Virus record (IMG/VR): IMGVR_UViG_3300017548_000184 | Span: 1 to 39,399 of that record | Direction: 5' to 3' (one strand) | Origin: a virus | Taxonomy: Duplodnaviria > Caudoviricetes | Length of the DNA stretch: 39,399 nt | Shown: positions 1-8,288 of the stretch, piece by piece | How the letters are laid out: the number at the start of each line of letters is the position of its first letter | Position numbering within the stretch: position 1 is the stretch's first letter | Translations under genes and position numbers: made by a program | Notes under the pieces: model-generated | What the model was told of the DNA's origin: nothing | Seen by the model: only the letters and a program-made list of their open reading frames with translations | Databases searched by the model: none

Positions 1-267
1 TCACGGCTTGGCACGCCACACGTCCATCGCCTTCACGTCGGCCACGACGCCCGGCCAGCCCGTCAGCGCAGGGGAGTTTTCGATTTTGTCCGGGCGGCCG
101 CCACATCCCTCGCGACGACAGCGCAGACGTTGGGCGAGCTGGTGGAGCGAGATATCGCCGCACCGGGCGATCAGATCGTCGCGCTGGACGTGGACGATCC
201 AACCGCACTTCGCACAGCGAATCCCGAACTCCGCCGCAAAGCCCGACAGGGGAATATGGGAAACCAT
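1..267 (-). CDS. Small zinc-ribbon protein (CxxC...CxxxxC), divergent from the LexA box
   Basis: ORF with IRCAKCG and LRCRREGCGGRP motifs. ATG at 267 (in-frame GTG at 273); stop at 1-3. Confidence 0.6.
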   Translation of the reverse strand: MVSHIPLSGFAAEFGIRCAKCGWIVHVQRDDLIARCGDISLHQLAQRLRCRREGCGGRPDKIENSPALTGWPGVVADVKAMDVWRAKP

Positions 268-285
268 GCCCACAGCATGGAGCGA

Positions 286-300
286 GAACAGAGAGGGAAC
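286..300. promoter_or_regulatory. Alphaproteobacterial LexA (SOS) box
   Basis: GAAC-AGAGAGG-GAAC is an exact GAAC-N7-GAAC, in the short intergenic gap between divergent genes upstream of an SRAP gene. Confidence 0.8.
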
Positions 301-329
301 AACGCTTGGATTCGCGGCGGCGCGTGCCT

Positions 330-698
330 ATGGTCTCGCGGATGTGCGACGGCGCTGATCCCTATGCCCTGGCCGAGCGCAGCACGCTGCGCATGCGGGC
401 CGCAGGGGCGAGCGAGGCGGACCTGGCGCGCGGCGTGGCGGCTGCCCTGGCCGTGTTCCGCGCGGCCGATCTGGAGCCCTGGTGGGCGATGCTCGCCGAG
501 CGCAGGATCGAGGCGGGCTACCGGTACGACCCTCCGGATCTGGACGGCGTGACCAACGTGGAGTGGGATGCGGCCATCGTCGCGCGGGCGGCCGGCGAGG
601 CTGCGATCGCAGCAGCCTGTGGGCAGATGCAGCAGGTCCCCGGCGATGCCGGCCTGTACCTGGAGCCGCCCGACACGTGTGCAACCTCTACAGCCTGA
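330..698 (+). CDS. Hypothetical alanine-rich helical protein, likely SOS-regulated
   Basis: ORF 306..698; ATG at 330 or 342 more likely. Its 3' end overlaps the SRAP start. Confidence 0.55.
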   Translation: MVSRMCDGADPYALAERSTLRMRAAGASEADLARGVAAALAVFRAADLEPWWAMLAERRIEAGYRYDPPDLDGVTNVEWDAAIVARAAGEAAIAAACGQMQQVPGDAGLYLEPPDTCATSTA

Positions 699-1330
699 CC
701 GCCTCGCAGGCCGCGATCCGTCAACTCGCCCGCGCGATGGCGGACCGGACCGGCAATCTGCCGCCGCTGCCGGGGATATTTCCGGACTACGCCGCGCCGA
801 TCGTGCGGAATGGGCCGGACGGCCGGGAGCTGGCCATGGCCCGATGGGGGATGCCGTCGCCGGCGTTCGCGCTCAAGGGGCGCCGGACCGACCCGGGCGT
901 CACCAACGTGCGCAACACCACGTCGCCGCACTGGCGGCGCTGGCTGGGACCGGAGCACCGCTGCCTCGTGCCGTTCACCTCGTTCAGCGAGCCCGAGCCC
1001 CAGCCGGATGGATCACGACCGCCGGCGTGGTTCGCGCTGTCAGAGGACCGGCCGCTGGCGTTTTTCGCCGGGATCGAGGTCCGCGGATGGCGGTCGGTGC
1101 GGAAGGTCAAGGAGGGCGAGGTCGAGGCGGACCTCTACGCGTTCTTGACGTGCGAGCCCAATGCCGAGGTCGGCGCGATCCACCCCAAGGCGATGCCGGT
1201 GATCCTCACCACCGAGGAGGAACGCGAGATGTGGATGACGGCGCCGTGGGCCGAGGCGAGGATGCTGCAGGCCCCGTTGCGAGACGGGACGCTGCGCATC
1301 GTGGCGCGGGGCAGCAAGTCGGACGGATAG
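677..1330 (+). CDS. SOS response-associated peptidase (SRAP/HMCES/YedK family, abasic-site protection)
   Basis: GTG start at 677 gives the N-terminus (M)CNLYS with the catalytic Cys2; also RWGM, TNVRN, RCLVPFTSFSE, FFAGI and IHPKAMPVIL motifs. Confidence 0.92.
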   Translation: MCNLYSLTASQAAIRQLARAMADRTGNLPPLPGIFPDYAAPIVRNGPDGRELAMARWGMPSPAFALKGRRTDPGVTNVRNTTSPHWRRWLGPEHRCLVPFTSFSEPEPQPDGSRPPAWFALSEDRPLAFFAGIEVRGWRSVRKVKEGEVEADLYAFLTCEPNAEVGAIHPKAMPVILTTEEEREMWMTAPWAEARMLQAPLRDGTLRIVARGSKSDG

Positions 1331-1366
1331 CCGCGGCGGAATCGCACCGCCTGCGCAATTTTCCGC

Positions 1367-1403
1367 TTGCAAGTCGGCGCCTCATGTCGTAGATTTACGT
1401 CAT
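1367..1403 (+). promoter_or_regulatory. Putative sigma70 promoter with an overlapping imperfect palindrome (operator)
   Basis: TTGCAA(1367-72)-N17-TAGATT(1390-95). ATGTCGTAGATTTACGTCAT (1384-1403) matches its own reverse complement at 16/20. RBS AAGGAGG at 1434-1440. Confidence 0.55.
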
Positions 1404-1449
1404 CACATCGGGATAGCCCGAGTGCAGATCGGCAAGGAGGCCGAGACAG

Positions 1450-1767
1450 ATGAGCCAGTTGATCACTGCCCAGCACTACCTCGACGACGAGATCATCGCC
1501 GCCAAGCGCGATGCGCGCGACTACGCGGTCTTGGTCTCCCCCGAATTCGCGGTTGGTGGTGAGACCTACCGTGTTGTGTTGGACGGCAACCACAGCCTCG
1601 CCGCCGCCGTGGCGGACGGCGTGGCGCCGGAGATCGAGGTGGCCGACGCCACCGCCCACGATGCGGTCGCCCTGCTCGACCAAGGCAACATCGATGATTT
1701 CCTGGCCCGCCTGCACATGGGCGAGGGCGACTACATCGACGCCGTAACCCGCGAGTACGTGTGGTGA
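1450..1767 (+). CDS. Small ParB/Srx-like domain protein
   Basis: Strong RBS; YRVVLDGNHSLAAA resembles the ParB-N DGHHRxxA motif. Confidence 0.6.
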   Translation: MSQLITAQHYLDDEIIAAKRDARDYAVLVSPEFAVGGETYRVVLDGNHSLAAAVADGVAPEIEVADATAHDAVALLDQGNIDDFLARLHMGEGDYIDAVTREYVW

Positions 1768-1991
1768 GCCGCCTGCTCCACGAGACCGGCGAGGCCCTCT
1801 ACGGGTCTCGCTGGCAATCCGACCTGGCCCGCGACCTGCACGTATCCGTGCGCACCATGCAGCGATGGGCCGCGAGCGCAGAGGATGTGCCGGACGGGGT
1901 GTATCTCGACCTGCTGCGTCTGACCCAGGAGCGCGCCCTGACACTGGATGCGCTGGCCGATCGGCTGCGACTGGCAGCGACGCCTAGATAG
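1764..1991 (+). CDS. XRE/Cro-like HTH regulator
   Basis: QSDLARDLHVSVRTMQRW HTH; GTGA overlap with the upstream stop. Confidence 0.75.
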   Translation: MSRLLHETGEALYGSRWQSDLARDLHVSVRTMQRWAASAEDVPDGVYLDLLRLTQERALTLDALADRLRLAATPR

Positions 1992-1993
1992 CC

Positions 1994-2563
1994 ATGGCGC
2001 GGCGCGCCACCGTCCTGCGACAGATCGTCGACGTGTGGGGCGATACCTGGGACGTGCGCGAGGAGCGGGATACCCCGCACGGCTGGCCCGTCTGTCTCGG
2101 ATGGCCGACCGGCATGCCCCGCGGCCGCGGCAGCGGCGGACCGCGCGTCGTCATCACGACGCCGCTGGCCGAGCATTTCGAGCGTCACCGCATGGCGCCT
2201 GGCGGCTTGTCCCTGCCGATCGGCAGCACCGCGATCAAGCGCATCCGCCGGCTGCTCGGACATCACCGCGCGATCGACGCCGCGGCGTGGTGGGAGGATC
2301 GCGCCGCGGATCTGGCCGAGCTGACGATCGAGCAGTTCGCGCGGCGTCACGGTCGCTCGGTCGGCGCAATCGTCAACGCGCGTCATGCACTGTTCGGCCC
2401 GCGCCTGCGGCCGGCCGAATGGTGGCGGTCTCCCGATGTCATCTCGATGCTGCTCGCCAACCGACCGTCCGCAGCCGTGGCGGACGATTTGGGCATCTCC
2501 GCAGGCTCGGTGCGACGGCTGCGTATGTTGATCCGTGGCGAGGAGCAGCCCGACAGCGCGTGA
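1994..2563 (+). CDS. Hypothetical protein with C-terminal HTH-like segments
   Basis: 189-aa ORF starting 2 nt after the previous stop; SAAVADDLGISAGSVRRLR is HTH-like. Confidence 0.6.
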   Translation: MARRATVLRQIVDVWGDTWDVREERDTPHGWPVCLGWPTGMPRGRGSGGPRVVITTPLAEHFERHRMAPGGLSLPIGSTAIKRIRRLLGHHRAIDAAAWWEDRAADLAELTIEQFARRHGRSVGAIVNARHALFGPRLRPAEWWRSPDVISMLLANRPSAAVADDLGISAGSVRRLRMLIRGEEQPDSA

Positions 2564-2583
2564 GGCCGAGACGACCCAACTGA

Positions 2584-2826
2584 TCACCGCGCCGCGATCG
2601 CCCTGCACCGGGCCCGCAGGTCGCCGTAATCCTCGATCAGACGCGGCCACGCCGCGCCGACCTTCACCGCGGCGTCCATCTCATCAGCGACGCGTCGCTG
2701 CATCTCGGCGGGATAGGCCACCAGAGCCGGGCACGCCGGCCTAGTACCCTCCGTCGCGCAGCCGCTGACGAGCCCCACCGTCGCTGCGATAGTCAGCGCC
2801 AGCCTGATCCGCACGCTGGTGCGCAT
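2584..2826 (-). CDS. o-spanin (Rz1-like lipoprotein)
   Basis: Signal peptide with lipobox LVSG-C and further Cys residues; overlaps the 3' end of the i-spanin in another frame. Confidence 0.75.
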   Translation of the reverse strand: MRTSVRIRLALTIAATVGLVSGCATEGTRPACPALVAYPAEMQRRVADEMDAAVKVGAAWPRLIEDYGDLRARCRAIAAR

Positions 2827-2989
2827 CCCTGTCCTCCTCGATCTGTCGGGCCCGTCGCCGCTCCTCGCCCCGTCGCTCGGCCCGGTAGAGGGCCAGCCAG
2901 AACGCGCCCAGGGCGGCCACGCCGGCCGCGATCCACTGCGCGACGCGGCTGCCTGAGAGCCACTGCCAGGCAGTCAGCAGCGCGCTCAC
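2741..2989 (-). CDS. i-spanin (Rz-like)
   Basis: GTG start overlapping the upstream TGA; N-terminal TM (WIAAGVAALGAFWLALY) followed by a charged helical region. Confidence 0.7.
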   Translation of the reverse strand: MSALLTAWQWLSGSRVAQWIAAGVAALGAFWLALYRAERRGEERRRARQIEEDRDAHQRADQAGADYRSDGGARQRLRDGGY

Positions 2990-3498
2990 GACGCCAGCAC
3001 CACAGCCGCACCGATCGCGCCGCCGAACAGCACCTCGCCAACCTCCGTCGCGCGTCCTGGCCAGGACCATTTGCCGATCTGATAGGCCGGCACGCAGGCG
3101 AGCCCGGCAGCAGCCAGAATCGCCGCGGGGCGCCATTCGGGCAGTCCGATCGCGGAGGCATAGGCAGCAACCGCCAGTGCGGCCGGCAGCGTCCACCAGA
3201 GGCCCCGCAGGCCGTGACGGAGATACTGGCCGACCGTGGCACCGTCCGCCGCGTTGTCGCCCAGCGACAGGCTCTGCCACCACGGCTGGATGCAGCCGAC
3301 GAACAGGCCCGCACCGAGTGCGGCTGCCTCCTGCCACGTCGCGCCGGCCAGATGGGCCACGCCAGCCATGCCCGCGGCCCAGACGATGCGCGCGGTCGTG
3401 GCCCCCCTCCCCGTCCATCGCTCGAACGCGCTGGAGCCGCGCAACCGGAACAGCATCGCGCCCACCAGTGCGCCGCCGGCGACCGCGAGCGCGCTCAC
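2986..3498 (-). CDS. Multi-pass membrane protein in the lysis cassette (holin candidate)
   Basis: GTG at 3498 overlaps the endolysin TGA; about 5 hydrophobic segments; lies between endolysin and spanins. Confidence 0.55.
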   Translation of the reverse strand: MSALAVAGGALVGAMLFRLRGSSAFERWTGRGATTARIVWAAGMAGVAHLAGATWQEAAALGAGLFVGCIQPWWQSLSLGDNAADGATVGQYLRHGLRGLWWTLPAALAVAAYASAIGLPEWRPAAILAAAGLACVPAYQIGKWSWPGRATEVGEVLFGGAIGAAVVLAS

Positions 3499-4145
3499 GT
3501 CGCCTGGGCCCGGCGCGTCAGCACCACCGCGACCGCCACGGCCGCCACGGCCAACACCAGCGCCACCCCCACCCATTGCGGCATGCTCGCCACCGCCTGC
3601 AGCGCAGGGGCGGCGGTCGCAGCGGCAGCAGCGGCCGCGCCCACCGTGATCGCCCCCTGCCCCGTGCCCGTTCCGGCCGCAGCGCGGACCGTCTCAACGG
3701 GACGGGGTACGCCGGCCATCTCCATTCCGCGGTCGATCGTGGCGTCGTCGTAGGGGTTGCCGCCCAGCTCATGCGTGATGATCGCCGCGACCAGCGGGCG
3801 CAGGTCCGCATAGGTGTGCAGATCGAGCTGCGCGTCGGGAGATCGCCCGGTCAGATGGGCGACGTGCTGGACGTACGCCGACGTGACGTTCTCGCCCGGC
3901 GGCGCCCAGCGATTGATGATTCCCCGCACCGTCCGCAGCCCATGCCGGTCCTGATAGGTCGTCAGCAGCGCGGCAAGGGCACGGATGCCGTATTCGTGGG
4001 AGGAGAACGCAGCAAATCGGCGCTGCCCTTGAGGCAGCCACGCATCACCGAGACCGATCTGTCCCTGCCAGTTGTTCGCGGGCACGTAGTCGATATTGCC
4101 GGGATTCCGGTTGCGGAATCCCCGGCTGCTCTTGGAGTCAGCCAT
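3495..4145 (-). CDS. Endolysin (lysozyme-like, 'structural protein P5'-type) with C-terminal hydrophobic tail
   Basis: SRGFRNRNPGNI, F..HEYGIRAL, IINRWAPPGEN.T.AY motifs; C-terminal VGVALVLAVAAVAVAVVL TM. Confidence 0.8.
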   Translation of the reverse strand: MADSKSSRGFRNRNPGNIDYVPANNWQGQIGLGDAWLPQGQRRFAAFSSHEYGIRALAALLTTYQDRHGLRTVRGIINRWAPPGENVTSAYVQHVAHLTGRSPDAQLDLHTYADLRPLVAAIITHELGGNPYDDATIDRGMEMAGVPRPVETVRAAAGTGTGQGAITVGAAAAAAATAAPALQAVASMPQWVGVALVLAVAAVAVAVVLTRRAQAT

Positions 4146-4198
4146 GACGATGGTCTCCGAATAGGGATGGGCGCCAGAAGCGCGCGGCGACGGCTAGA

Positions 4199-4390
4199 TC
4201 AGCGCGGCTTAGGTGCCGGCCCGCACTGCGCCACGATCTCGTTGTTGAGGTGCTTCAGGTTCGCCATCGTCCGCGGCGTGATCAGATCCCGCGACGTGAT
4301 GGCCAGCGGACGGATCGTGCAGCGCGCCTGCGGCTCCGGCTGCGCGGCACAGCCGGCGAGCAGGAGAGCCAGCAGCGCCGCACGCGTCAC
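4199..4390 (-). CDS. Small lipoprotein, second o-spanin-like
   Basis: GTG at 4390 overlapping the upstream TGA; (M)TRAALLALLLAG-C lipobox; C..P....RD.IT..T....HLN.....C pattern; 63 aa. Confidence 0.65.
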   Translation of the reverse strand: MTRAALLALLLAGCAAQPEPQARCTIRPLAITSRDLITPRTMANLKHLNNEIVAQCGPAPKPR

Positions 4391-4767
4391 CTCGGAATGC
4401 TCCGTACCGGCGGCGTCGTCCAGCGATCGAGCCGTCCGCGCGTCTCGGCCAGCGAACGGTCGATAATGCCAATGCGCTCGTCCTGCGCCGCATCCCGGCT
4501 CTCGCTGGCATCCAGACGCTGCTCCGCGCGGTCCATGCGCAACTCCAACTGCGGGATCGGCGACACCGCGCGCGTCAGCGCCGCCACCGCATCGGATAGG
4601 CGCCGCGTCTCGTCCACCGACCGCGCCTGCACCTCGCGCACACTGTGCATCGCGTCGCGGATGCGGTCGTAGGCCGCGAGCGCGCCACCGCCGATGACGA
4701 CCACGAGCATCACGGCCTGCATCACCGCGCCAGCATTGATCGTGGGATCGAAGCGCAAGCGCCCCAT
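4387..4767 (-). CDS. N-terminal TM plus coiled-coil protein (holin or i-spanin-like)
   Basis: GGAGGA RBS then ATG at 4767; TM AVMQAVMLVVVIGGGALAAY followed by a heptad-rich helix. Confidence 0.65.
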   Translation of the reverse strand: MGRLRFDPTINAGAVMQAVMLVVVIGGGALAAYDRIRDAMHSVREVQARSVDETRRLSDAVAALTRAVSPIPQLELRMDRAEQRLDASESRDAAQDERIGIIDRSLAETRGRLDRWTTPPVRSIPR

Positions 4768-4823
4768 CACGGTCCTCCGTCGATTGTCGAGAGCGACGCG
4801 CCACGCGCGCCGGCGGCGCACGC

Positions 4824-5519
4824 CTACCCGATCCAGGTCACGCGCGGGCGGCGGCGCGCGGAGGGGGCCAACGTATCAATCAGAGACGGATGATCCGCCG
4901 TGGTGAACACCGGAGCTGTCCCGCCAGCGGTCAGATTGACGCCCCCGACCGAACCGGAGGCATCATCGTAGAGCCGCCAGCCGTAGTCCGGGGCGATCGA
5001 TTGAGCATCGACCGTGTGGGTCTGAAGGTTCTCGACAATGGCGGCTGCATCAGCCGGATTGCGGAAGATGGCAATCTCCGCGATGGACGAGAGAGCTGAG
5101 TTGCCGTCCATGAGCAGCAGCGTGAGGCAATCCAGATCAACGCCGGGGTTATTCTGCGCGGTAGTTGCCCCGACACCGCCCTCCACGCCATTCATCCACC
5201 TGCGTGCCGAATTGGCGACGTTGTCGAACGGACCGTAGAGGATGGCATAGTGCGTCCACGTAGTGTCCGGCATATCCGGGGTAAAATTGCTAGAGTTTGT
5301 ATTGATCCGACGCGAAATGACGCCGGTCGTTTGCCCGCGCAGGGCGAGATACGGCTGCGTTAGCGCATTGGCTTGCCCCAACACGATGGGGAATTCCGGG
5401 TTGGCCAGATTGCCGTTACGCTTGAGCCAGCAAGCAATCAGGACAATGTCGTCAGACGATATCCCCGTGAGGGCGGATGTACTGAGGATGCTGGTTGCGT
5501 CGCCGCGCGCTACTGACAT
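4824..5519 (-). CDS. LamG/concanavalin A-like jelly-roll protein (virion-associated lectin candidate)
   Basis: IACWLK, TWTHYAILY, RWMNGV, IAEIAIF pattern typical of LamG-like domains. Confidence 0.65.
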   Translation of the reverse strand: MSVARGDATSILSTSALTGISSDDIVLIACWLKRNGNLANPEFPIVLGQANALTQPYLALRGQTTGVISRRINTNSSNFTPDMPDTTWTHYAILYGPFDNVANSARRWMNGVEGGVGATTAQNNPGVDLDCLTLLLMDGNSALSSIAEIAIFRNPADAAAIVENLQTHTVDAQSIAPDYGWRLYDDASGSVGGVNLTAGGTAPVFTTADHPSLIDTLAPSARRRPRVTWIG

Positions 5520-5523
5520 GCCG

Positions 5524-8286
5524 TTACTCCACGACCACGGTCACATCGACCGCAGAGCTTTGATAGTGGTTGCTCGCATCGTCATAGACATGCGCCCTCA
5601 CGATGACCGTATAGGTGCCAGCCGCAACAGAGCCGGCCTTCCGTAGCCCTCCACCGCGCGTGATCGTAAAGTTCGCACCAGGGCTCTGCGAGACGATCTC
5701 CCAGGCGTCCGTGCCCTCAGGTTCGCTCGCGCGCGGTGCGCATCCGGTGGTGCGGATAAGGCCAACGGCATCACCAGCGCTTCCTCCGGCCGCGACGGTG
5801 AACTCCTGCCCCTCTGGAATAACGGGCGCATCGTCAAGGTCCCACGACCAGTTGGACGGTGCCCAGCATGAGTTCTGCTGGAAGTCGGAGTTGTTCCAGC
5901 TGTCAGGCTTGATGCCCGGGTAGCCGGATGCGTTGGTGATATACTCCGACCGAAATAGCGTGACGCTGTCCATCAGTCGAATACGAGCGTCGAGTGAGAT
6001 CACATCTGACAACGCGCAGAGAAGGCGGGCGGAGAGCGTCTGTCGATGGTAGTCGCCGGCATTATAATACGGTCCGCTGTCCCATGTGATCGGAATGGGC
6101 GTTGAATTCAGATCGTCGTACTCCGACCATGTCGAGGCATACACGCCGCCCGATGCTCCAGTAGCGTAAGCACCACACAAACCTTGCCGCCACGCCGCCG
6201 AAATATTCGGGTTCGCTGCATTGGCCGTGAACTCGGCACGGTCGGAAAGAAGCTCGATGGTGTTCGCGTTGTGTATTTTCGCTGCAACCGATTGCAACAG
6301 CGAGTGCGTGTGCCACGCCTGCATCCAGGGCGAAATCTCGGTGCCGGAATTTGGATGTTCGAGGTATGCGAACAACTCTCCCTGGCGTGCCTGTACTGCG
6401 GATCGCGCGTTGTGAAAGCCATTGACCCACGCCTGCACCAGATTGGTGTAGTGCTGCCGATTGTCGTAATCGGCCGGAAGCAGAACGTCCGCATGAACGA
6501 TGTCCTGATACCGATGGCCAACACTCCGCGATTGTGAATCGAAGATTGCCGGCATCATCACGCGGCCAGTTGCGACATCAGGTGTGAGGCCGCGCCAGTT
6601 GCCCGCGCCGAGACCTGTGCCGTTATTGCGTCGCCAATCCACAACGGCCGCATATGCCGCCTGTGATGCAAGGCTGTCGTAAAGGTAGCGGTTGGCTTCC
6701 AAGAGCGCCGGAATTGCAAAGAATGCCCCCTGATGTGCCCCGGCGTCACGACCGAACTCGCCGACAGAGGTGCCATCTGCGCCCGGTAGATCACGCTGGT
6801 CGCTGGGCAATCCGTCCGCGCTATTGAGAGATGCACCGGGCGTCATCGTGCCGCTGTAGTGCTGGGAGAAGCGAGGATGATCTTCGGCGTTAATCCACCG
6901 ATGCATGTTGCTATCCCAAAAGCGATCAGGACGGGCACATGCAGAGCGACACTGAAGCAGAGAAGCAAAGCGTGCGTCGCGTGCATTGCCCCGTAGCCAT
7001 AGGATGTGGGGCTGCGGGACAACGCCGATCTCTGCGCGACCTCCCGTCATATCCGCCTTACGAGCCACTCCGAACGAGGCGTATGGTTGGTTCCACGCAG
7101 TGCTGTTGTAGGCCGAGAGGATGCTGTTGGTGTGGGTCTGATACAGCGTCGTGTATCTCAGCATGTCGAGAGTGACCGCGCCCGCGACAAGATCATCGAG
7201 GCTCGCGCGCAGGATCGGACGGGTAACGGCTCCGCCTGTCTTGCGCTCGGTCCATGCCCAGAAGTGCTTGTACTGCCCGCAAGTCCACTCTGTGCCGGTC
7301 GTGTCATAGTAGGTCACGCCATCGCAGGCGGCCGTGACGGTCACTGTCGCGGGAGCGCCGCCGACCAGCCCCACCTTGTCGTTCGCCACGACATGATCGA
7401 CGCGGAGCGTGCCATCCTGAGCAATGTAGAGGTCAACGATCAGGCGACCGGACGTGCTGCCGCTGAATGAGGCAGAGGGGATATCGGCCTCGACGCGGGT
7501 CGAGCAGAGTAGCGGACCGTCGAACCAGCGATCCGACGTCAGGTTTGCGAGTGGGTCGAACACCCACGGGTCACCTTCGTCCGGCGTGATCGTGATTGAC
7601 ACGCTGCGGCCGGTCAGCTCCGTTTCGGGATCGAGCGCGGCGCCGGTCACCGAGCCCGCGATACCGCGCACCCACTCGCAATCCAGCGTCGCAAGATCGG
7701 CCAGCGAGGGGCAGCGAACCGCATATCGGATGGTCCGGACCGCACCGCTCGGCCAGAAGCTGGTGGGATGCCACTGGATCGGGACCAGTGCCGAGGTGTC
7801 GATCCGGCGAAGCGCGAGGTCGTTATAGCTGCCGAGCAGCTCATCGCCGAACGCGGTGCCGCCCCATGTGATGGCGTTCGCACCAGCTCCGGTGCCCTCG
7901 ATCGTCTGCGAGCCGATCACCAACTCGGTGTTCGGAATGACGGGCTCCGCCACCTCCCAGCTATCGCTCACGTCCAGCAGCGTGCCGCCGGTCGCCGCCG
8001 TCCACAGGCTGACGGTATAGCTGCCGCTGTCCTGCGGGGTCAGCTCGACGGTGCCGGACGTGCCCGGCCCCACCGCGACGCGCGCCCCCTCCTGCACGCC
8101 GCCTCGCGAGAGCGCCGCGTAGGCGGTCATGATGGTGCTGAGTGTCCAGGTGAACGTGCCCGCGACGCCGGCATAGTCGGCACCGCTGGTGCGCGAGATT
8201 ATGCCGGTGGGCGGTGAGACGTACGGCGCGCCGGAATAGACGAAGCCGGCGAGGAACCCACCGTCGGAGACGACAAATCCGGCCAC
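5524..8286 (-). CDS. 920-aa virion-associated protein; polysaccharide lyase-like (RIFT barrel plus alpha/alpha barrel) with C-terminal cadherin/Ig-like domain
   Basis: GTG at 8286, 2 nt after the upstream TAG. Motifs VPIQ...FWPSGAVR, TGGRAEIG, AHQ..F..PALL...RYLYD; C-terminal APVIPEGQEFTV...GDAVG. Confidence 0.55.
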   Translation of the reverse strand: MAGFVVSDGGFLAGFVYSGAPYVSPPTGIISRTSGADYAGVAGTFTWTLSTIMTAYAALSRGGVQEGARVAVGPGTSGTVELTPQDSGSYTVSLWTAATGGTLLDVSDSWEVAEPVIPNTELVIGSQTIEGTGAGANAITWGGTAFGDELLGSYNDLALRRIDTSALVPIQWHPTSFWPSGAVRTIRYAVRCPSLADLATLDCEWVRGIAGSVTGAALDPETELTGRSVSITITPDEGDPWVFDPLANLTSDRWFDGPLLCSTRVEADIPSASFSGSTSGRLIVDLYIAQDGTLRVDHVVANDKVGLVGGAPATVTVTAACDGVTYYDTTGTEWTCGQYKHFWAWTERKTGGAVTRPILRASLDDLVAGAVTLDMLRYTTLYQTHTNSILSAYNSTAWNQPYASFGVARKADMTGGRAEIGVVPQPHILWLRGNARDARFASLLQCRSACARPDRFWDSNMHRWINAEDHPRFSQHYSGTMTPGASLNSADGLPSDQRDLPGADGTSVGEFGRDAGAHQGAFFAIPALLEANRYLYDSLASQAAYAAVVDWRRNNGTGLGAGNWRGLTPDVATGRVMMPAIFDSQSRSVGHRYQDIVHADVLLPADYDNRQHYTNLVQAWVNGFHNARSAVQARQGELFAYLEHPNSGTEISPWMQAWHTHSLLQSVAAKIHNANTIELLSDRAEFTANAANPNISAAWRQGLCGAYATGASGGVYASTWSEYDDLNSTPIPITWDSGPYYNAGDYHRQTLSARLLCALSDVISLDARIRLMDSVTLFRSEYITNASGYPGIKPDSWNNSDFQQNSCWAPSNWSWDLDDAPVIPEGQEFTVAAGGSAGDAVGLIRTTGCAPRASEPEGTDAWEIVSQSPGANFTITRGGGLRKAGSVAAGTYTVIVRAHVYDDASNHYQSSAVDVTVVVE

Positions 8287-8288
8287 GG

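Noticed and set aside
5524-5550. C-terminal TVVVE shared by the 920-aa protein and the capsid cement protein (TVVVEEP)
   Set aside because: Only five low-complexity residues forming a generic final beta-strand; likely coincidence.
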